DNA from: an uncultured Lachnospiraceae bacterium
GTDB taxonomy: Bacteria > Bacillota > Clostridia > Lachnospirales > Lachnospiraceae
NCBI GenBank assembly: GCA_964590945.1
Contig: CAZPXF010000001.1
Span: 1 to 55,904 of the forward strand
DNA: 55,904 nt
Direction: 5' to 3'
The first letter of the stretch is position 1. The number at the start of each line of letters is the position of its first letter. Below are positions 28,565 through 37,148 of this stretch, piece by piece. The notes under the pieces are model-generated. The model ran no database searches. It saw only the letters and a program-made list of their open reading frames with translations, and was not told where the DNA came from. The translations under genes were made by a program, and so were the position numbers.

Positions 28565-28648
28565 TGGACTTCCATGGCATTCTTCTTCCCTTCAAAGTCC
28601 GAAGGACATTGACCGGTTGTGAATATATATGGAAGTCCATTTTGTTGT
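28565..28648 (+). terminator. long structured hairpin plus T-tract, probable lexA terminator
   Basis: TGGACTTCCAT (28565-28575) pairs with ATGGAAGTCCA (28629-28639), followed by TTTTGTTGT. A 53-nt interior holds the inner stem CCTTC/GAAGG. Confidence 0.5.
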
Positions 28649-28675
28649 CTCAGAAACTGGATGGCCTGATTCTGT

Positions 28676-29023
28676 CTATAACGACGCAGGATCCATTGTC
28701 TTACCGTCTCTCCAGATTCTTTCCAGATCATAGAACAGCCGGTTTTCTCTATCGAATACGTGGACAATGATATCCTGAAAGTCCAAAAGTACCCAGTTCG
28801 CTGTTGTATAGCCTTCACGCTGCTTCGCAAATACACCTTCTTTTGCAAGGCTCTCCTCCACGCTGTCGATCAATGCCTTGACCTGATTCTGATTTGTTCC
28901 ATTTGCAATTACAAAATAATCTGCTATGACAGATACTTCGGATATATCGATGATCCGGATATCCTCTCCTTTTTTATCGGCCAGAGCTTCATAGGCAATC
29001 TTCGCCATCTTCTTTGAGTCCAT
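28676..29023 (-). CDS. rsfS: ribosome silencing factor RsfS
   Basis: 115 aa. Iojap-like; DYFVIANGTN, WVLLDFQDIIVHVF, YDLERIW. Confidence 0.92.
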   Translation of the reverse strand: MDSKKMAKIAYEALADKKGEDIRIIDISEVSVIADYFVIANGTNQNQVKALIDSVEESLAKEGVFAKQREGYTTANWVLLDFQDIIVHVFDRENRLFYDLERIWRDGKTMDPASL

Positions 29024-29024
29024 A

Positions 29025-29618
29025 TTATTCCTCCTGTTTTTTGTGTAATAGATTTTTATAATAAATGTATGTTGCTTCAGTCATAGGGTCTACCGTTCCG
29101 CCTTTTTTCTCCAAATACACCAGTGAATCCTTCAAAATCCGGTACAGCGCCTCATCTATATCGGCAAAGGCCAGCTTTCGGACAACGGGCATATTTGGAA
29201 GCATCGTGCGGTTTGGTTCGATGTAATCCGCAATATAAACGATCTTCTCCAGCAGGGTCATATTCGGACTTCCCGTCGTATGAAATCTGATCGCGCTCAG
29301 AATTTCAGGATCATCAACCCCATAGTTCTTAGAGGCTAAATATGCACCCAGTTTTGCGTGGATCAGCTTAGGGTTTGCAAGCTCTGATTCCGTCAATTCT
29401 ATACTGTATTTCTTACAGAGACGGATCTTTTGCTTGTCAGAAATACACTTTGCACAGTCATGAAGCAGACCTGCAAGCTGTGCGCGGTAAGGATCCATTC
29501 CCTGTGACATTGCAAGACAGGCTGCCGTATCCATAACGCCCAGTGTATGGATATAACGGCTCTCATCTAATTCTTTTTTTATTTTTTTTCGGATTGTCTG
29601 TATTGTTTTCTTTTCCAT
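29025..29618 (-). CDS. yqeK: HD-domain bis(5'-nucleosyl)-tetraphosphatase YqeK
   Basis: 197 aa. RYIHTLGV, LLHDCAK HD motif. nadD-yqeK-rsfS synteny. Confidence 0.88.
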   Translation of the reverse strand: MEKKTIQTIRKKIKKELDESRYIHTLGVMDTAACLAMSQGMDPYRAQLAGLLHDCAKCISDKQKIRLCKKYSIELTESELANPKLIHAKLGAYLASKNYGVDDPEILSAIRFHTTGSPNMTLLEKIVYIADYIEPNRTMLPNMPVVRKLAFADIDEALYRILKDSLVYLEKKGGTVDPMTEATYIYYKNLLHKKQEE

Positions 29619-29630
29619 GTCTTCTTCTGT

Positions 29631-30269
29631 TTAATCGGGTCTTTCTATGTGATTCTGCCGGTAAAGGCCATGTTTGCGTATATAATCAAGGACAGGACCT
29701 GGTAAATACATCCGCAGCTCGGATTCCCTGATCCCGTTTTGTATCCATCCGCGTATCTCGCTGGATGAGACAGGGAATTCTGAAACCGGAAGGAGCCGGA
29801 TATCGGCGTTAAATTCCTTTGCCGCAGCATCAATCTGTCTCTGAGTCTCTGCAAAGCCCTTTTCATTGCGGACGGCAACAAGGATCGTACAGCATTTCAG
29901 AAGTCTCTCCGGATGATACCATTTGTGCAGCATATCAAGCGAGTCCCCGCCAATGATAAAATAAAATCTGCGGTCCGGATACAGCATCTGCAAATGCTCC
30001 ATAGTATCATAGGAATAAGAAACTTCTGTACGCTCGGCCTCGTACGTGCAAAGCCGGAAACGCTCCTCTGTTTCGATCACATCCTCCAGCATTTCCAAAC
30101 GTTCCGACACAGTTGCCGTGATCGTACTGCTATCTTTGTGCGGCGGTCTCCCGTTCGGCATGATCCAAAGCTCGTCCAAATGAAATGTTTCAAGAGCAGC
30201 TTTCCCGATATGAAGATGCCCGTTGTGGAACGGATCAAATGTCCCGCCCAATATTCCTGTCTTAATCAT
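29631..30269 (-). CDS. nadD: nicotinate-nucleotide adenylyltransferase
   Basis: ATG 30269, 8 nt after GGAG. GGTFDPFHNGH motif, ..SSSEIR. Confidence 0.92.
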   Translation of the reverse strand: MIKTGILGGTFDPFHNGHLHIGKAALETFHLDELWIMPNGRPPHKDSSTITATVSERLEMLEDVIETEERFRLCTYEAERTEVSYSYDTMEHLQMLYPDRRFYFIIGGDSLDMLHKWYHPERLLKCCTILVAVRNEKGFAETQRQIDAAAKEFNADIRLLPVSEFPVSSSEIRGWIQNGIRESELRMYLPGPVLDYIRKHGLYRQNHIERPD

Positions 30270-30290
30270 ATTGAACACTCCATAATTGCT

Positions 30291-30581
30291 TTATGGCAAC
30301 TCGATTCTCTTTTTATCATCTTTTCCTTCTCTATATAAAACGATTTTCTTACCGATCACCTGCACGACCTGGGAACGGGTCCTTTCTGCAATGACCTCAG
30401 CGATAGCTCTCGGATCGTCCATACAATTATTCAGTACGCTGATCTTAATGAGCTCACGCGCTGCAAGGGCTTCAGAGATCGCCTCAGTCTGCGCCGGGGT
30501 GATGCTGGATTTGCCAATCTGGAAGATCGGATCCATCGTCATAGCAAGGCTTTTTAGATATGCTCTCTGTTTTGTGGTCAT
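30291..30581 (-). CDS. yhbY: YhbY/CRS1-type ribosome assembly RNA-binding protein
   Basis: 96 aa. MTTKQRAYLKSLA..DPIFQIGK, GKKIVLYR. Confidence 0.9.
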   Translation of the reverse strand: MTTKQRAYLKSLAMTMDPIFQIGKSSITPAQTEAISEALAARELIKISVLNNCMDDPRAIAEVIAERTRSQVVQVIGKKIVLYREGKDDKKRIELP

Positions 30582-30631
30582 TTATGATTCTCCTTCTGCT
30601 AAAGTAAAATAATTTGCGAACAGCATTTCAT

Positions 30632-30661
30632 ATTATACAATACTTTATCTTTTCGCGTCAA
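30632..30661 (-). promoter_or_regulatory. sigma-A promoter for yhbY-nadD-yqeK-rsfS
   Basis: On the minus strand, TTGACG (30661-30656), 18 nt, TGnTATAAT extended -10 (30639-30632). Confidence 0.6.
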
Positions 30662-30725
30662 CTGGCTGAGACCGCAAAACCGCAAAATGCTGAGAATGTA
30701 CGCAAAAGCCGTCGGATTTGCAGGC

Positions 30726-30762
30726 GGCAAAAATGCTGCCACACGATCGTATGACAGCATTT
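30726..30762 (-). terminator. intrinsic terminator after the PaaK-like gene
   Basis: The 11-bp stem 30731-30741 / 30752-30762 is perfect only in the minus-strand RNA (one G-U pair). A U-run follows. Confidence 0.6.
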
Positions 30763-30773
30763 GCCGGTGCAGA

Positions 30774-32075
30774 TTAAATTTTTCTGTTATCAATAACTCT
30801 GACAGCTTTTCCTTCGGATCTTGTGATCGTCTTCTGGTCAACAATATTGACCTTCGCCAATATGCCAAGCATACTCTTAAGGGCGGATACAAGCTTCTTC
30901 TCTTTTGCCGCCACAGCTTCAGAAGATGCGCCGACAAGCTCGTCCGGTTTCTCAACGTTAACTTCCAGTGTGTCACTGTTCTTGACACGGTCAACGATCA
31001 TCTGATAGTTATTTGCCGGCATACCCTGCTTGATCAGAACCTCCTCGATCTGTGACGGATATACGTTTACTCCCTTGATGATCATCATGTCGTCGCTGCG
31101 TCCCATCAGTCTGTGAATACGCGCATGCGTACGTCCGCATTTACATTTCTCTCTCGTAATATATGTAATGTCCTTTGTTCTGTAACGGATCAATGGAAAC
31201 GCTTCTTTTGCGAAGCTTGTAAATACAAGCTCGCCCACCTGTCCGTCCGGAACCGGCTCTAACGTATCCGGATCAACGATCTCCGGAATAAACAGATCTT
31301 CGCAGATATGCATTCCGTCCTGCTCTTCGCACTCAAAGGATACGCCCGGGCCTTCAATCTCCGTCAGTCCGTAAATATCATAGGCCTTGATGCCAAGCTT
31401 ATCTTCGATATCATGCCTCATATCCTCAGACCATGCTTCCGCACCGAAAATACCAGCTTTTAACTTGATCTTGTCCCGAACGCCTCTCTCGTAGATTGAT
31501 TCCGCAAGAAAAGCGGCATAAGATGGCGTACAGCAGAGAATTGTAGAACCCAAATCTGTCATAAACTGGATCTGTCTTTCTGTATTGCCGGAGGACATCG
31601 GAAGAGTAAGACACCCTACCTTGTGGGAACCATCATTAAGTCCGGGGCCGCCTGTAAATAACCCATATCCATAGCAAACATGACAAACATCATCCTTCGT
31701 CCCGCCCGCAGCTACGATTGCACGCGCGCAGCCATTTGCCCAGTTATCCAAATCCTTCTGCGTATAAAAATCGACAACTCTCTTGCCTGTTGTGCCGGAC
31801 GTGGACTGGATACGGACACATTCGCTCAGCGGCTTTGCCAATAAGCCATACGGGTATGCTTCTCTGAGATCATCTTTTGTAAGAAATGGAAGCTTTACGA
31901 TATCCTTCAATGACTGGATATCTTCCGGCTTCACTCCCGCCTCGTCCATCTTGTCCCTGTAATAAGGCACGTTCTCATAAACTCTTTTTACAACATCAAT
32001 CAGACCTTTTTCATGAAGTGATTCGATCTCCTCGCGGGACATAGTTTCGATCTCTTCCTGATAATATCTTCCCAT
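30774..32075 (-). CDS. phenylacetate-CoA ligase family adenylate-forming enzyme (PaaK / F390 synthetase-like)
   Basis: 433 aa. SSGTTGK-like STSGTTGKRV, YGLTE, PLIRYRTKD, RSDDMMIIKGVNVYP. Confidence 0.85.
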   Translation of the reverse strand: MGRYYQEEIETMSREEIESLHEKGLIDVVKRVYENVPYYRDKMDEAGVKPEDIQSLKDIVKLPFLTKDDLREAYPYGLLAKPLSECVRIQSTSGTTGKRVVDFYTQKDLDNWANGCARAIVAAGGTKDDVCHVCYGYGLFTGGPGLNDGSHKVGCLTLPMSSGNTERQIQFMTDLGSTILCCTPSYAAFLAESIYERGVRDKIKLKAGIFGAEAWSEDMRHDIEDKLGIKAYDIYGLTEIEGPGVSFECEEQDGMHICEDLFIPEIVDPDTLEPVPDGQVGELVFTSFAKEAFPLIRYRTKDITYITREKCKCGRTHARIHRLMGRSDDMMIIKGVNVYPSQIEEVLIKQGMPANNYQMIVDRVKNSDTLEVNVEKPDELVGASSEAVAAKEKKLVSALKSMLGILAKVNIVDQKTITRSEGKAVRVIDNRKI

Positions 32076-32154
32076 TTTACTGATCCTCCATTACAATCAT
32101 TAATATTGAATTAATACATTATTTTTTTTGAATTCAAAGAAAGTATATCAGAAT

Positions 32155-32190
32155 TTAAAAGGCATGTAAAGAATTATTTCATTACATGCC
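32155..32190 (-). terminator. intrinsic terminator after obg
   Basis: GGCATGTAA / TTACATGCC 9-bp stem (32161-32190), followed on the minus strand by TTTT. Confidence 0.75.
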
Positions 32191-32232
32191 ATTGATTCTA
32201 ACAATACTGATTGTTGTGATTGATAGAAAATA

Positions 32233-33513
32233 CTATTTATAATAGTCAAACTGGAGTCCGTACATTTTAACAGTATCGCCCTCCTGAATACCTGCGTTTT
32301 CAAGCTCATCCAAAATACCGGTATCTTTCAGGAAATTCTGGAAGAAGGCAAATCCTTTCTCCGAATCCAGATTCGTATAGCCGAGCATTTTTTCGATCTT
32401 CGGTCCTTCCACAACATAGACGCCGTCTTCCACTTCCACCGTATAAGGAAGATTCTCGCTGATCAGCATATCCTCCGGGAAAAACTCCGGTTCAAATGTC
32501 ACGGTCTCATGTCCAAGCCTGTCGACCTGCTCACTGACATAGTACAGAAGCTCCCTGATCCCCTCTCCTGTTACCCCGGAGACAGGAAATACTTTGATTC
32601 CCTGAGGCTCAAATTCATCCTTCAGGCGCTGCACCGGATCATCGTCCGTGCAGATCGCGTCGATCTTGTTTGCCGCGATCACCTGCGGACGCTTTGCGAT
32701 ATCTTCATTATAATTTGCAAGCTCGGTATTGATCTTGTAAATGTCTTCTACCGGGTCGCGTCCTTCGATTCCGGCCGCATCTACAACATGTATCATCATC
32801 TTTGTGCGTTCAATATGGCGCAGAAATTCATGGCCGAGGCCCACGCCCTCCGATGCGCCCTCGATCAGTCCCGGAATATCAGCCATGACAAATCCTTTGC
32901 AGCCTTCCAGATCCACAACCCCGAGATTCGGATCGATCGTCGTGAAATGATAGTTGGCGATCTTCGGATTTGCATTTGTCACACGCGATAACAGCGTAGA
33001 TTTCCCGACATTTGGGAATCCGATCAGTCCGACGTCCGCGATCACCTTCAATTCAAGCTTAACCCAAAGCTCCTGCGACGGCTGCCCGGGCTGGGCGTAT
33101 TTTGGTACCTGCATCGTGGCGGTAGCAAAATGCATATTTCCAAGGCCGCCTTTCCCGCCCTTTAAGACCACCTGTCTGCGGTTATCTCCCGACATGTCGG
33201 CTATCACCTTGTCCGTCTCAAAATCCTTGATAACAGTGCCCTCCGGCACCTTTAAAACAATATCCTGCGCACTCTTGCCGTGACAACGCTTTTTACCGCC
33301 CTCCTCGCCGTTTGGGGCGCAGAATTTATGCTTATGTCTGTAATCCTGCAAGGTATTCAGTCCGTCGTCAACCTCAAAAATAACGTCGCCGCCTCTGCCC
33401 CCGTCGCCGCCGTCCGGACCGCCGTTCGGCACGTACAATTCGCGGCGAAAACTTACATGACCATCGCCGCCTTTTCCAGATTTAATAAAAATTTTTGCTC
33501 TGTCTGCAAACAT
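32233..33513 (-). CDS. obg: GTPase Obg/CgtA
   Basis: ATG 33513 after AGGTGA. MFADRAKIF..GGDGGDGG glycine-rich Obg fold, G1 GFPNVGKST, C-terminal TGS-like OCT domain. Confidence 0.96.
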   Translation of the reverse strand: MFADRAKIFIKSGKGGDGHVSFRRELYVPNGGPDGGDGGRGGDVIFEVDDGLNTLQDYRHKHKFCAPNGEEGGKKRCHGKSAQDIVLKVPEGTVIKDFETDKVIADMSGDNRRQVVLKGGKGGLGNMHFATATMQVPKYAQPGQPSQELWVKLELKVIADVGLIGFPNVGKSTLLSRVTNANPKIANYHFTTIDPNLGVVDLEGCKGFVMADIPGLIEGASEGVGLGHEFLRHIERTKMMIHVVDAAGIEGRDPVEDIYKINTELANYNEDIAKRPQVIAANKIDAICTDDDPVQRLKDEFEPQGIKVFPVSGVTGEGIRELLYYVSEQVDRLGHETVTFEPEFFPEDMLISENLPYTVEVEDGVYVVEGPKIEKMLGYTNLDSEKGFAFFQNFLKDTGILDELENAGIQEGDTVKMYGLQFDYYK

Positions 33514-33546
33514 ATTCTCACCTGCTTTCATTTTTCAGATGGGTTT

Positions 33547-33582
33547 AGAAAAAAAGCTCCAAACCCTGAAGATTTGGAGCTT
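33547..33582 (-). terminator. strong intrinsic terminator/attenuator between rpmA and obg
   Basis: AAGCTCCAAA / TTTGGAGCTT 10-bp stem (33554-33582). The minus strand then has a 7-U run. Only about 33 nt remain before the obg ATG. Confidence 0.75.
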
Positions 33583-33641
33583 AAAGTTCTCAGGCATACC
33601 ATAGTGAACGTCCACTGGACGTTCCTCTGGGACTCATGAAA

Positions 33642-33926
33642 TTATTCACTTACCGGATAGATAGAAACCTGCTTCTTGTCTCTGCCTTTTCTCTCGAAAC
33701 GAACAACGCCGTCAACAAGTGCAAATAAAGTGTCATCTCCGCCGCGTCCTACATTAATGCCCGGATGAATCTTTGTTCCACGCTGTCTGTAAAGAATATT
33801 TCCAGCCTTAACAAACTGTCCGTCAGCTCTCTTAGCGCCTAATCTCTTAGACTCTGAATCTCTGCCGTTCTTTGTAGAACCAACGCCCTTTTTATGAGCG
33901 AAAAACTGAAGGTTCATTGTCATCAT
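33642..33926 (-). CDS. rpmA: 50S ribosomal protein L27 with cleavable N-terminal extension
   Basis: MMTMNLQFF|[15 protein letters not shown]. The 9-aa Firmicute pro-peptide ends in the ..LQFFA motif that Prp cleaves. Confidence 0.96.
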   Translation of the reverse strand: MMTMNLQFFAHKKGVGSTKNGRDSESKRLGAKRADGQFVKAGNILYRQRGTKIHPGINVGRGGDDTLFALVDGVVRFERKGRDKKQVSIYPVSE

Positions 33927-33929
33927 GGT

Positions 33930-34259
33930 TTACACCTCCTCGAATATAAGATCTATATATTCCTCATTGTTATTGTCTTCCAGTTCCTGGATTCCAAGAA
34001 CCATTGTGTCCACCAGCAATTTCGATTCCCCTGAAACATGACCGGTAAAAGAAAAATCGATCAGCCCGGAATCTTCGTCGGAATCCGATGTAAACGGATC
34101 GTCGGTAAAACGCTCGATCGCATTGATCGTATTGATCGTAAGCAGGGAAACCGCGGCACATACAATGTCATTTCCTGACTCTGCATAGCCGGCATGTCCG
34201 CATAAACGGAACCCTTTATAACTGCCGTCGGGACTCAGAAATACTGTCACCTGAATCAT
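33930..34259 (-). CDS. prp: ribosomal-processing cysteine protease Prp (YsxB)
   Basis: About 109 aa between rplU and rpmA. GHAGYAE..DIVCAAVS His/Cys dyad. Start is ATG 34259 or GTG 34262. Confidence 0.9.
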   Translation of the reverse strand: MIQVTVFLSPDGSYKGFRLCGHAGYAESGNDIVCAAVSLLTINTINAIERFTDDPFTSDSDEDSGLIDFSFTGHVSGESKLLVDTMVLGIQELEDNNNEEYIDLIFEEV

Positions 34260-34268
34260 CACACAAAA

Positions 34269-34577
34269 TTAAGCGTTAATCTTCTCGATCTTAACGGCTG
34301 TGTACTGCTGTCTGTGACCATTCTTCTTATGGTATCCGGTCTTTCTCTTATACTTGTAAACAATGACTTTCTTAGCTTTGCCGTTCTCTACTACAGAAGC
34401 TGTAACTGTTGCACCCTCTACTGCAGGAGTTCCAACCTTAAGCTCTCCATCGCTTACTGCAAGTACCTGGTCAAAAGTATAAGTCTCGCCAGCTTCTACG
34501 CCAAGCTTCTCTACTTTAATGATATCGCCTTCGGCTACTTTGTACTGTTTACCACCAGTTGCTATAATCGCGTACAT
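34269..34577 (-). CDS. rplU: 50S ribosomal protein L21
   Basis: [20 protein letters not shown], 102 aa, AGGAGGTG RBS. Confidence 0.97.
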   Translation of the reverse strand: MYAIIATGGKQYKVAEGDIIKVEKLGVEAGETYTFDQVLAVSDGELKVGTPAVEGATVTASVVENGKAKKVIVYKYKRKTGYHKKNGHRQQYTAVKIEKINA

Positions 34578-34687
34578 ATAGCACCTCCTATTATCATTAC
34601 TCGCCAGCTGTGGTGTCCTCCCGGAGCTTGCAAACCTCGCTGCGCGGCATACTCATATAGAATACATGAAATTTAAGAAAGCGTCAA
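34578..34687 (-). promoter_or_regulatory. rplU promoter plus GC-rich 5' leader (possible L21-leader-type element)
   Basis: On the minus strand, TTGACG (34687-34682), 17 nt, TATTCT (34664-34659), then a roughly 80-nt leader GCCGCGCAGCGAGG..CAGCUGGCGAG. The leader fold was not verified. Confidence 0.35.
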
Positions 34688-35461
34688 GAGTTTCCGTGCA
34701 TTTTTGTCGAAAATATTTTCTTTTTCCTCCCCGGAGAGCGGCATATTCTGGAGATATTTTATAAATTCTTTCTGCCCGCCCCAGGGTGAGTCTGTCGCGA
34801 ATAAAATTTTTTCAGAACCGTGGTTCCTTACGATCCGGAGAAACTGTTCATCCGGTATGATTCCGAATGCGTATCCAGTATCAAAATAAACATTTCTTCC
34901 AACAAGAAGCCGCTCTACGTCATCCCACATAGCATGTCCGCCCATATGCGCCAATACCAGTTTATCCGGCTGAACATCATCCAGCACTTCGGCCGACATC
35001 TGCGGGGTACAATGTACCGGATCCGGATAGCCGATATCCACGCCGGCATGGACGCTGACGATAAGTCCGAGCTCTGAGGCAAAGGAAACGATCCTTTTAT
35101 AGCGGATGTCATTAAAATTGGTCCCCTGATAATCCGGGTGGAGCTTGATTCCCTTCATGCCTCTTGCCCGGATCTCTTTTAATTCTTCCCTGTAATTGCC
35201 GGAATCCGGATGAATCCCCCCGAAGGAAAGGATATGCGGATCATCCCCGGATGCTGCAAATTCATTGATCGAACGGAACTGCGACGGCTTTGTGACGACC
35301 GGAAGGACAACGCTGATATCGATCCCCGCTTCGATCGTGGACCGGAGCAGATCCTTGTAAGTTCCGTCCGTATAAGCTTTTGTATTTCCTGTTTTTTCCA
35401 GAAAAGGGATCGTCTTTGGGGCGATCTTATCCGGAAACATATGCGTATGAAAATCAATCAT
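34673..35461 (-). CDS. amidohydrolase-2 family TIM-barrel metal hydrolase
   Basis: ATG 35461 (MIDFHTHMFP), 6 nt after AAGGTG. HxH motif, later HAG, LAHMGG and FATDSPW. Confidence 0.8.
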   Translation of the reverse strand: MIDFHTHMFPDKIAPKTIPFLEKTGNTKAYTDGTYKDLLRSTIEAGIDISVVLPVVTKPSQFRSINEFAASGDDPHILSFGGIHPDSGNYREELKEIRARGMKGIKLHPDYQGTNFNDIRYKRIVSFASELGLIVSVHAGVDIGYPDPVHCTPQMSAEVLDDVQPDKLVLAHMGGHAMWDDVERLLVGRNVYFDTGYAFGIIPDEQFLRIVRNHGSEKILFATDSPWGGQKEFIKYLQNMPLSGEEKENIFDKNARKLLTLS

Positions 35462-35462
35462 A

Positions 35463-35966
35463 TCATTCACCTTCTTTCGTGACAGTCACATCTGCAAAAT
35501 CCGCCTTTGCAGCTTTGGCAAGATCCTGCGCAGCCAGGTGAAGCTGCAATCCGCGCTTTCCTCCGCTGACATATATCTTCTCCAGCTTTTTTGCATCCTC
35601 CTGAATAACGGTTGGAAACTGTTTTTTCATGCCGATGGCGGTGCAGCCTCCCCGGATATACCCGGTAACTGCGGTCAGTTCCTTCAGAGGCAGCATATCG
35701 ATGGATTTCTCCCGGACTGCGCGGGCTGCCTTCTTTAAATCCAACTCCTCCGCGATCGGGATCACAAATACATAATAATTTTTGCTTTTTCCGATCGCTA
35801 CAAGCGTCTTATAGACCTCCTCGTGCGCAAGCCCAAGCCTGTCCGCTACATGGACTCCATCCATGAAATCCCCGGTATCTTCGTATGCCGCAGATTCGAA
35901 CGGGATTTTCATGCGCTCCAGTATACGCATGGCATTTGTCTTCACTTCTTTTTCTTTTTTCGCCAT
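35463..35966 (-). CDS. ybaK: Cys-tRNA(Pro)/Cys-tRNA(Cys) deacylase YbaK
   Basis: 167 aa. TNAMRILE, KTLV, GYIRGGCTAIGMKK, SGGKRGLQL. Confidence 0.88.
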   Translation of the reverse strand: MAKKEKEVKTNAMRILERMKIPFESAAYEDTGDFMDGVHVADRLGLAHEEVYKTLVAIGKSKNYYVFVIPIAEELDLKKAARAVREKSIDMLPLKELTAVTGYIRGGCTAIGMKKQFPTVIQEDAKKLEKIYVSGGKRGLQLHLAAQDLAKAAKADFADVTVTKEGE

Positions 35967-37148
35967 TTATAGGATCTCCTTACCAGTAATAGTATCAGGA
36001 ATACTTTCTGCAAACGACGGCTCCTGACGCTTTCTTACGACCTCGACGAGCTGAAGTCCGGTCTCATCGATCATTTCCGCCGGGACCGGGTCTTTCAAAA
36101 GCGCTTCCCGCAGAATATCATGGTACTCTTCTCTTTTTTGTGCGTCATCCAGATTAATAAAATCAATCAGTATCATGCCGGAAATGTTCCGCAGGCGGAG
36201 CTGTCGCGCCGTCTCAAGCGCCGCTTCTTTATTTGTATGAAGAATGGTCTTCCTGCTATCCTTCCCGTGCACGGATTTCCCTGTATTTACATCGATCGCC
36301 GTAAGCGCCTCCGTCTTCTGGATCATAAGAAAGCCGCCGCTCCGAAGCCAGACCTTTTCCTGCACAGCTTCTTTCATATATTTGGAAATATGATACAGCG
36401 TATCGAGGGAGAGCGACCGATCCTGATAGAACCGAAGCCGGTATGGGAAGGAAGCATTTGAACTGTCAAGACGCCTTTTCAGTTCTTCATACACTGCCGC
36501 CTGATCCGTCACGATCTCAGCATCCGTACATCCGGAAATGCGCTGTAAATATTCCATTCCGTACAGAGACGGACGGTACAGAAGCCTGTTAGTACCCGCC
36601 GGGGCGTTGACGATCTCCAAAAGCTTTGCGGTCAGAAAATGAAGTTCCGAAAGAAATACTTCTCTTGTGCAGGCAGAAGCAGAAGTCCGTACAATCATAT
36701 GAAATTCTTTTGCAGGACTTTCATCTTTCTCAAACCAGTCTGCGATCTTCTGGCAGATCTCTTTCGGTAATTTTCGGGAATACGCGATTCCCGGAGAAGC
36801 ATCCGAAAGGACAATATATACCCCCTGCAGGGTGATCGTATTGGAAACCAGCGCCTTTTTTAAGCCGGACGCTTCCTTTTTGATGATAACCGGAATATGT
36901 GCGCCGGGCATAAGGGAACGCCTGACCTCTGAAGCCTTTCCGGCGTCCAGATAACACAAGGTACGTTTCCCGATATCAATATAATAAGCATTCTGAGATG
37001 CGACCTTTTTTACAATGGTTCCCATGTAAATGTCGTCCGCGCGGCATTGATCCGGGAACAGCGGGTGCAATTCAGCGATCCTGCCATCCTCTGAAACTGC
37101 AGCGATCAGGACGCCGCGAACTGTTGTAATAATCAGTTTTCGCTCCAT
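35967..37148 (-). CDS. rng: short RNase E/G family ribonuclease
   Basis: 393 aa. S1-like N-terminus (DDIYMGTIVKKV), TEALTAIDVNTG and GMILIDFINL catalytic-domain motifs. Lacks the long C-terminus. Confidence 0.82.
   Translation of the reverse strand: MERKLIITTVRGVLIAAVSEDGRIAELHPLFPDQCRADDIYMGTIVKKVASQNAYYIDIGKRTLCYLDAGKASEVRRSLMPGAHIPVIIKKEASGLKKALVSNTITLQGVYIVLSDASPGIAYSRKLPKEICQKIADWFEKDESPAKEFHMIVRTSASACTREVFLSELHFLTAKLLEIVNAPAGTNRLLYRPSLYGMEYLQRISGCTDAEIVTDQAAVYEELKRRLDSSNASFPYRLRFYQDRSLSLDTLYHISKYMKEAVQEKVWLRSGGFLMIQKTEALTAIDVNTGKSVHGKDSRKTILHTNKEAALETARQLRLRNISGMILIDFINLDDAQKREEYHDILREALLKDPVPAEMIDETGLQLVEVVRKRQEPSFAESIPDTITGKEIL

Noticed and set aside
28549-28848. ORFs of 99 aa (minus strand) and 68 aa (plus strand, 28564-28770) in and around the lexA/rsfS gap.
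   Set aside because: They overlap rsfS out of frame or antisense, lack an RBS, and have no recognisable domains. The region is better explained as RNA structure.
30599-30994. A 131-aa minus-strand ORF spanning the PaaK-like 3' end and the yhbY promoter region.
   Set aside because: It is out of frame within the PaaK-like CDS and runs through a terminator and a promoter. It has no RBS.
33606-33624. GAACGTCCACTGGACGTTC considered as a LexA box because of its GAAC...GTTC ends.
   Set aside because: The half-sites are 11 nt apart, not 4. It fits better as an 8-bp stem with a 3-nt loop, forming an RNA hairpin at the rpmA 3' end.
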